Positions 45,662 to 51,241 of a DNA stretch of 64,000 nt are shown here, piece after piece; within the stretch, counting starts at the first letter, position 1; each line of letters opens with the position of its first letter. This DNA is from an uncultured Flavobacteriales bacterium (GTDB lineage Bacteria > Bacteroidota > Bacteroidia > Flavobacteriales_D > Sanyastnellaceae). Location of the stretch: assembly GCA_938085425.1 (NCBI GenBank), contig CALKGQ010000001.1, positions 1,850-65,849 of the forward strand, in the 5' to 3' direction. The notes beneath the pieces were generated by a model that saw only the letters and a list, made by a program, of their open reading frames with translations, did no database searches and was not told the DNA's origin. Made by a program: the position numbers and the translations under genes.

Positions 45662-48007
45662 ATGAACCCTATTTCTACTTTGTCCGCCACGCTTTGCGCC
45701 CTCGCGCTCTTCTGCGGAATCCCCCAAGTGCTTCACGCCCAATGCACCGACAACCAGTCTGAAGTGGTTGTTGAAATCCTCACCGACAACTACCCCGGCG
45801 AAATCACTTGGACGTTGACCGGCACGGAAGGATTGTTGCTTTCTGGAGGTCCTTACGGCTCCACAGGCACGTCCTATTCGGACACAGTGTGCATCGACAA
45901 TGCAGATGCGTACCCGTGCTTGCAATTCGTCATCAACGACAGTTACGGCGATGGCATCTGCTGTGGATACGGTCAAGGGTCGTACACGATTTACCTCGAC
46001 GGAGAGTCGGTGGCCACAGGAGGAGACTACGACCAACAAGACCTCGTGCAATTCGACTGCGCCCCAGGGGCCACCTGCAACGACGCGGTGGCATTGACGG
46101 ATGCAGACTTTGGCACGGTGTCGCAAGCAGGGGACAATTTTTGGTACACCTACACCCCGCCCGCCAACGGCATGTACCAGTTCAGTTCCTGTGGGGCCAA
46201 CTGCAACACGACGCTGTACATCTACGACTATTGCAACATGGGCAACTTCGACGACACGAACGAAGGGTCCATCTACTACGACGACGACCAGGGCGGTTGT
46301 GGCGAAGAAGCCACGATGACCATGTTGTTGGAGGGAGGACAGCAATACTGGGTTCGCTTTGCGTCGTTGGACAGCAGTTGTGGTGGGTTCGATTGGACGT
46401 TTGACTACGCGGGCCAACCCACGGGATGCACCGACCCCACTGCCTGCAATTACAGCCCGGCTGCAGAGGTGGACAATGGGTCTTGCATTTACGAAGGCGA
46501 CCCGATGTGCACTGGCCCGGATCTCGTGGTTTTGGCGGACGTGGTGTCCAGCAGCCTTTACTCGACCACGATGAATGTGAGCGAGACCGATTGCTACATC
46601 GAAGAAGGTTGCTTGAATGGCTTTGGCGAAAGAGAGCTCATCCGATTCACGACCCACATCAAGAACATTGGCGAATTGGACTACTACATCGGGACGACTG
46701 CGCAGGCAGAGCAGACCGGACAATTTGAATTTGGAGATTGCCACAACCACTGGCACTACCAAGGGTACGCGAAGTATGACCTTTTCACCATGGACGGAGC
46801 GTTGATCCCCATTGGGTTCAAGAACGGCTTCTGTGTGATGGATTTGGAGTGCAGCGACGGCGGGACGTTCACCTATGGATGTTCCAACATGGGCATCGCA
46901 TCGGGATGTGGCGACATTTATTCGAGTGGCTTGAGCTGCCAATGGATCGACGTTACGGACGTGGAGGACGGCCAATACCGCCTCGTGGTGCGTGTCAACT
47001 GGGACTACGATCCCGACGCCTTGGGTCGCTATGAGACCAACACCGAGAACAACTGGGGTGTGGTTTGCATTGAGTTGGACAGGTCCGGAGGGGATTTGCA
47101 GACCATCATTTTGACAGACTGCCCTACGTTCACGGATTGCTCAGGCGAACCTTACGGAACGGCCTTGTTGGATTGCAACGGCGAGTGCGGTGGTGTGGCC
47201 ATGGTGGGCGACTTGAACGACGACCTCCAGCAAGACATGGCCGACGCCCAGATGTACGTGGAGGGTGTTCTTGGGAGCGACTTGACGGTGGCGGATTGTT
47301 CCGACATCAACGCCGACGGCACCATGTCGGTGGCGGACGCGATGTTCATGGCAGATTGCCACTTTTGGAACCAAGCGCACACCGACCCGGACAGTTCCGG
47401 CGTCCACAGCCATTGCGAGTTCCCCGTGAACGACCTCACGAACCCCTTCGATACAACGCACTTCACCATCGCAGATGTGAATTGGGAGGAGCAGTACTTC
47501 GACGTGCATGTCAAGAATCCCGACGCTCGGATTTACGGCTACCAGTTGGAGTTTGATGGGGTCCAAATCAGCCAAACAGAGAGCCTCCTCGACCCTGCCA
47601 CGGGCTACACAGGAATCCCTGCCCACGCCCCGGGAGGTCAGCAGGTGCTGACGGTCAGCTACGATGGCACGTCAGCGCCCAAAAACACGGTGTACGTGCC
47701 GCTTGTGCGCGTCCATTGGATTGGAAGCGTCAACGGCATGGTGTGTTTGGAAGGCGTGCATGAAGTGATGAACGACTACTTGCAGAAGACCTTGATTGAT
47801 TTGGACAACCCTTGCCAGGAGCAAGCCGACAGTTCTTGCCCTGGAGACACCGACGGAGATTTGGTCGTGTCTGTCTCTGACGTGTTGGACGTCCTCAGCG
47901 AGTTTGGGTGCATCACCAACTGCACCATGGACATCAACGGGGACGGTGTCACCAACGTGACCGACGTGCTTGCGGTGTTGTCTGCATTTGGGACCGATTG
48001 CAATTGA
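45662..48007 (+). CDS. Secreted multidomain lysyl-oxidase (LOX, PF01186-like) homologue with Cys-rich N-terminal modules, an internal cohesin-like domain and a C-terminal dockerin-like pair
   Basis: Block-by-block similarity to the animal LOX catalytic domain as I remember it: ERELIRFTTHIKNIG, FEFGDCHNHWHYQGYAKYDL, GFKNGFCVMDLEC, GCGDIYSSGLSCQWIDVTDVEDGQYRL, TENNWGVVCIEL. Signal peptide ...IPQVLHA. Confidence 0.8.
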   Translation: MNPISTLSATLCALALFCGIPQVLHAQCTDNQSEVVVEILTDNYPGEITWTLTGTEGLLLSGGPYGSTGTSYSDTVCIDNADAYPCLQFVINDSYGDGICCGYGQGSYTIYLDGESVATGGDYDQQDLVQFDCAPGATCNDAVALTDADFGTVSQAGDNFWYTYTPPANGMYQFSSCGANCNTTLYIYDYCNMGNFDDTNEGSIYYDDDQGGCGEEATMTMLLEGGQQYWVRFASLDSSCGGFDWTFDYAGQPTGCTDPTACNYSPAAEVDNGSCIYEGDPMCTGPDLVVLADVVSSSLYSTTMNVSETDCYIEEGCLNGFGERELIRFTTHIKNIGELDYYIGTTAQAEQTGQFEFGDCHNHWHYQGYAKYDLFTMDGALIPIGFKNGFCVMDLECSDGGTFTYGCSNMGIASGCGDIYSSGLSCQWIDVTDVEDGQYRLVVRVNWDYDPDALGRYETNTENNWGVVCIELDRSGGDLQTIILTDCPTFTDCSGEPYGTALLDCNGECGGVAMVGDLNDDLQQDMADAQMYVEGVLGSDLTVADCSDINADGTMSVADAMFMADCHFWNQAHTDPDSSGVHSHCEFPVNDLTNPFDTTHFTIADVNWEEQYFDVHVKNPDARIYGYQLEFDGVQISQTESLLDPATGYTGIPAHAPGGQQVLTVSYDGTSAPKNTVYVPLVRVHWIGSVNGMVCLEGVHEVMNDYLQKTLIDLDNPCQEQADSSCPGDTDGDLVVSVSDVLDVLSEFGCITNCTMDINGDGVTNVTDVLAVLSAFGTDCN
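47836..48004 (+). other. C-terminal module C: two dockerin-like EF-hand repeats ending FGTDCN-stop
   Basis: CPGDTDGDLVVSVSDVLDVLSEFGCITNCTMDINGDGVTNVTDVLAVLSAFGTDCN. Near-colinear with module A. Confidence 0.7.
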
Positions 48008-48042
48008 TCATCTGAACCCAGTCCTTTTTCAGAGGACCGCAC

Positions 48043-48080
48043 AACCCCTGTCTCCTTGATTGGAAGGCAGGGGTTTTGTG
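48043..48080 (+). terminator. Rho-independent terminator after the LOX-like gene
   Basis: 11-bp stem AACCCCTGTCT / AGGCAGGGGTT running into TTTTGTG. Confidence 0.6.
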
Positions 48081-48109
48081 TGCGCTTCAAGTCGAACAGG
48101 GCGCTTGCT

Positions 48110-48520
48110 TCAACGGCCAGCGGGGCGCTTCCACAGGGGTTGGTAGTGCGTCCAATTGGCGAACATCAACGCGGCATTGAGCAGAAAAATGCCCCCCATG
48201 ATGGCCAAATGGCTTGGGACCATGAACACCCCCCAAAGAAGCATTCCTGTGGCGTAGGGAAAGGCGACCAAGACGCCAAGCGGTTCCCGACCAGGAAGGA
48301 GCAAGAGGGCCCCTCCCGCCACCTTGGTCAGGCAAATGAAAGGCAACAAAAACCCGGTCTCCAAGACGGCCGAGACGAAGGCCTGCGCCCCCAGTTCTTC
48401 ATATCCCGTGGCCATGACGGACGGGTCACCCCAGACCACAGTGACGAGGTGCTTGGTGCCCGAGGCGAGGAGGAAGGCCGCATAGACGAATTTGAGGCCT
48501 TTGTGGAGGAGAGGGTGCAT
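48110..48520 (-). CDS. DoxX-family membrane protein
   Basis: 136 aa, four TM helices, LLASGTKHL / KVAGGALLLLPG pattern typical of DoxX. Confidence 0.6.
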   Translation of the reverse strand: MHPLLHKGLKFVYAAFLLASGTKHLVTVVWGDPSVMATGYEELGAQAFVSAVLETGFLLPFICLTKVAGGALLLLPGREPLGVLVAFPYATGMLLWGVFMVPSHLAIMGGIFLLNAALMFANWTHYQPLWKRPAGR

Positions 48521-48534
48521 GGGGTTTGTCGGAT

Positions 48535-49692
48535 TCAGGAGCCGCCGCCTTCGTATTGCAGAAGCACGCGCTTTTTGTTGGGGGACATCTGCAGATGAAA
48601 GGATGGGCCCGTCTCGGTGAGCATCACATGCAAATGCTCTGGGCCATTGGAGATGGAGTCCGCTTCCTTTAAGAAGCGAAGCAAGTTGTTGGACAGCACG
48701 TGGAACTCATCGATGGTGTTCAAGGGCATATCGACCGTCACGCTCTCTTGGGATTTCCCGTCGAAAGCGTATTCAAGAACGACCCCATCGCGGTGCATGG
48801 TGAACTCTTTGAAGGCCATGCCCTCTCCTCGTTGGCCCAAGTCCAAGCGCTCTTTCCAGAGGACTTCTGAGCCTTTGTGTTGAAGCTTTTGACAGGATTG
48901 GTCCATGTGGTTCTCAAAGAAAGAAGCGAGGTCAAAGGGCCTGCTGGCCGACAAGAACCCTTCGAAGACATGGCCGGTGCCTTCGTCCAGTTCGATTTCG
49001 ATGAAGGGGGCGTGAAGCATGTGTATGGGGTGGCCCCACTCGGTGCGCCCCGCAGAAGAAAAGCTCGAGTTGAAGTTCAGGGAGACATCCAGAGATTCGG
49101 TGGAGGCGCCAACCCGCCTCACTCCCTGTCGCCACTCAAGTTGGGCGACCACGTCGCTCTGAAGGCTGGGGGCACTTCGCACATTCAGGGGCAGCCATGA
49201 ATTGGCATACACCGAGTCGGAGGGAGTCCGTGGTGAGGAATTTGGAAATGCGGGATCGGGGAGCCAACGTTGGGTGGACAGGAGTTCGTAGTCCTTCGAC
49301 TTTTCGTGCACCAAGACCTCTCCGTCGAGGTAAAAGGTGTGCTCGTTGAATTCACCGTCCCCAAAATCTCCACGTGCACCTCGCTCTAGGATGAGCCTGT
49401 CGGCGTCGTTTTGAACGATGGCGTTGAAACTGCACATGCAACACTCCAGGAGGCGCGCCATGTTCAGCGCCTGTTCGTCGGCCATGGTTTCGTAAGTGAT
49501 CCCTTGGAACAAAAACGATTCGTCGCTTTGCGCTCCTAGGGAGGGGTTGCTCTTGACCGTGCCCTCGAGGAAGCTCAGCTGCTCGCCTTCGAGCACCCAG
49601 TGGCTGTACCGGTGCTTTTCTAGGAAGCTCGGTGCCTGGGCTGCGAGCCACAAAGGCCATGCCATCAGTATGATGAGGAGGGTCTTGGTCAT
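48535..49692 (-). CDS. Hypothetical secreted protein with an SH3b-like segment
   Basis: Signal peptide MTKTLLIILMAWPLWLAAQA at ATG 49692. The central LNVRSAPSLQSDVVAQLEWRQGV resembles bacterial SH3. Ends 14 nt before the DoxX gene on the same strand. Confidence 0.5.
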   Translation of the reverse strand: MTKTLLIILMAWPLWLAAQAPSFLEKHRYSHWVLEGEQLSFLEGTVKSNPSLGAQSDESFLFQGITYETMADEQALNMARLLECCMCSFNAIVQNDADRLILERGARGDFGDGEFNEHTFYLDGEVLVHEKSKDYELLSTQRWLPDPAFPNSSPRTPSDSVYANSWLPLNVRSAPSLQSDVVAQLEWRQGVRRVGASTESLDVSLNFNSSFSSAGRTEWGHPIHMLHAPFIEIELDEGTGHVFEGFLSASRPFDLASFFENHMDQSCQKLQHKGSEVLWKERLDLGQRGEGMAFKEFTMHRDGVVLEYAFDGKSQESVTVDMPLNTIDEFHVLSNNLLRFLKEADSISNGPEHLHVMLTETGPSFHLQMSPNKKRVLLQYEGGGS

Positions 49693-49823
49693 GGCCCCAA
49701 GGTAGGAGGAGTTCGAGCTCACTCGGCCCTCTGAGGAGTTTCTTTGGAGTGGCGGAAGGGAGAGATTGCCGCCCTGCGGGCGACGATGCCAGGACAGGGG
49801 CTGCTCTCAACCCCAGAAAGCGC

Positions 49824-49854
49824 AAGCGCGCCGCGAGGCGCGCTTACTGTTTTT
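49824..49854 (+). terminator. Orphan terminator-like hairpin on the plus strand (no annotated plus-strand gene upstream)
   Basis: AAGCGCGCC-GCGA-GGCGCGCTT (9 bp, GNRA loop) followed by ACTGTTTTT. Confidence 0.35.
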
Positions 49855-49903
49855 GCGCCCTTCGCCTCCGACCCAAGCGAGCTTGGTAGGATTCTTTGGC
49901 CAC

Positions 49904-49930
49904 AAAAAAACCCCAAGCGTTTGCTTGGGG
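49904..49930 (-). terminator. Rho-independent terminator after tRNA-Cys
   Basis: Minus strand: CCCCAAGC-AAAC-GCTTGGGG followed by TTTTTTT. Confidence 0.8.
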
Positions 49931-49941
49931 CTTTCTGGGGT

Positions 49942-50015
49942 TGGAGGTCCGAAGCGGATTCGAACCGCTGTAGCAGCTTTTGCAGAGCTGAGCCTAGCCA
50001 CTCGGCCATCGGACC
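49942..50015 (-). tRNA. tRNA-Cys (anticodon GCA), CCA encoded
   Basis: Hand fold. Acceptor GGTCCGA/TCGGACC, anticodon stem CAGCT/AGCTG with loop CTGCAAA, T-arm GCGG-TTCGAAT-CCGC, discriminator U followed by CCA. Confidence 0.85.
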
Positions 50016-50144
50016 CTTTCCAAAGTGGCGAACCACAGTGGGCTTGCGAAGATACGCAAGCGGGTTCAATAAGGTTTCGTTTTTGGGGGATAAATTCAGG
50101 AAAGACGCGTACAACGCTGGGGAGGCAGGCCTGAGGGGATGGGT

Positions 50145-50152
50145 TAGATTTG
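50145..50152 (+). promoter_or_regulatory. Candidate -7 promoter box (TAGATTTG) 4 nt before the pssA ATG (leaderless-type)
   Basis: Exact TAnnTTTG. The ATG is at 50157. Confidence 0.4.
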
Positions 50153-50156
50153 CAAC

Positions 50157-50930
50157 ATGAACACGTGGAAATGGGTGCCCAATGCATTGACCCTTGGCAA
50201 TTTGCTGGGAGGGGTCGTGGTGTGCTGGGCGTCGGCGTCGGGATCGTTTTTGGGAGAGGCCTTGATTCAGGAGGGCAACGCGTGGTCAGGGACCCTGGCT
50301 GTGGCAACGGTGTGGTCGTTGGCCATGTTCTGCGACGTGCTGGATGGATGGGCGGCGCGGAAGCTCGGGGTCGCAGGGCCCATGGGTGTGCAATTGGACA
50401 GCTTGGCAGATGTGGTCACGGGAGGCGTGGCGCCAGCGATGGTGGCGATGCGCCTGTTCCAGGACGATGGTGGGGCGGCGATGACTTGGGAGGTGCTGGC
50501 GTGCTTGGGTGTGGCGGCAGCCGCGGCCTACCGTTTGGCACGGTTCAATGTGGCGGCAGGAGAAGGGGAAGGAGGGCCGTTTTTTGAAGGGTTGCCGGCA
50601 CCTGCGGCAGGAATCTTTTGGATGGGGGTGATGCTGGCTTGGGGAGAGTTGCAGGGGGGTCCGGAGGTGCTTTGGGCCACTTCGTTGGCTTGGGTGGGCC
50701 TTGTGGTGGTGCCCTTGGCCATGGTGAGCCGCAGGAGGATGTGGGGGTTGAAAGGGTGGGGCGAGAGCACGCGTGTGGACCAAATGCGAGGGATCATGGT
50801 CCCTGTGATTTTGGGCGTGGGCATTGGGTCCTGGTTTGCTTGCCAAAGCGCGTTCATTGCTGTGCCGCTGTGTTTACTTTTGTACCTCGCATTGGCCATG
50901 GCCACCACGCCACAGCCCACCACCGATTGA
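50157..50930 (+). CDS. pssA: CDP-diacylglycerol--serine O-phosphatidyltransferase (CDP-alcohol phosphatidyltransferase family)
   Basis: DVLDGWAARKLGVAGPMGVQLDSLAD matches DGx2ARx8Gx3Dx3D. Polytopic membrane protein. Confidence 0.8.
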   Translation: MNTWKWVPNALTLGNLLGGVVVCWASASGSFLGEALIQEGNAWSGTLAVATVWSLAMFCDVLDGWAARKLGVAGPMGVQLDSLADVVTGGVAPAMVAMRLFQDDGGAAMTWEVLACLGVAAAAAYRLARFNVAAGEGEGGPFFEGLPAPAAGIFWMGVMLAWGELQGGPEVLWATSLAWVGLVVVPLAMVSRRRMWGLKGWGESTRVDQMRGIMVPVILGVGIGSWFACQSAFIAVPLCLLLYLALAMATTPQPTTD

Positions 50931-50957
50931 CATTCATCCACCCACGCACCTCTGCAC

Positions 50958-51209
50958 ATGAAATTCCGCGCCGCCATCGAGATCATGCCTCTTCCCGCAT
51001 TGTTGGACCCTCAGGGAAAGGCCGTCAGCAACAACTTGCCCAACATCGGGTTGCCGACTGTGGGCAATGTGCGCATCGGAAAGCACGTGACCTTGGAGGT
51101 GGAGGCGGACAGCCGCGAGGCGGCAGAAGGCTTGGTGAATGATGCATGCACCAAACTGCTCGTGAACGAGATCATGGAGGGGTACACCTTCCGTCTCGAA
51201 GAGGCTTGA
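50958..51209 (+). CDS. purS: Phosphoribosylformylglycinamidine synthase subunit PurS
   Basis: 83 aa, ...LLDPQGKAV...VRIGKHVTLEVEA...LLVNEIMEGY. Confidence 0.85.
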   Translation: MKFRAAIEIMPLPALLDPQGKAVSNNLPNIGLPTVGNVRIGKHVTLEVEADSREAAEGLVNDACTKLLVNEIMEGYTFRLEEA

Positions 51210-51241
51210 GTTGATTCTTTAGGAAGCCCAGTTTAGGTGCT

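Noticed and set aside
49723-49823. Tried to match the GC-rich region upstream of the orphan hairpin to SRP RNA, 6S, tmRNA or RNase P conserved motifs.
   Set aside because: None of the signature sequences I know (for example the SRP domain IV GGAA/AGCA motifs) are present. It stays an unassigned structured region.
44207-50015. Possibility that the accessory redox patch is a genomic island integrated at tRNA-Cys.
   Set aside because: I could find no integrase and no direct repeat of the tRNA 3' end. No obvious compositional break was visible by eye. The only evidence is adjacency and the 14-bp inverted repeat, which is reported separately.
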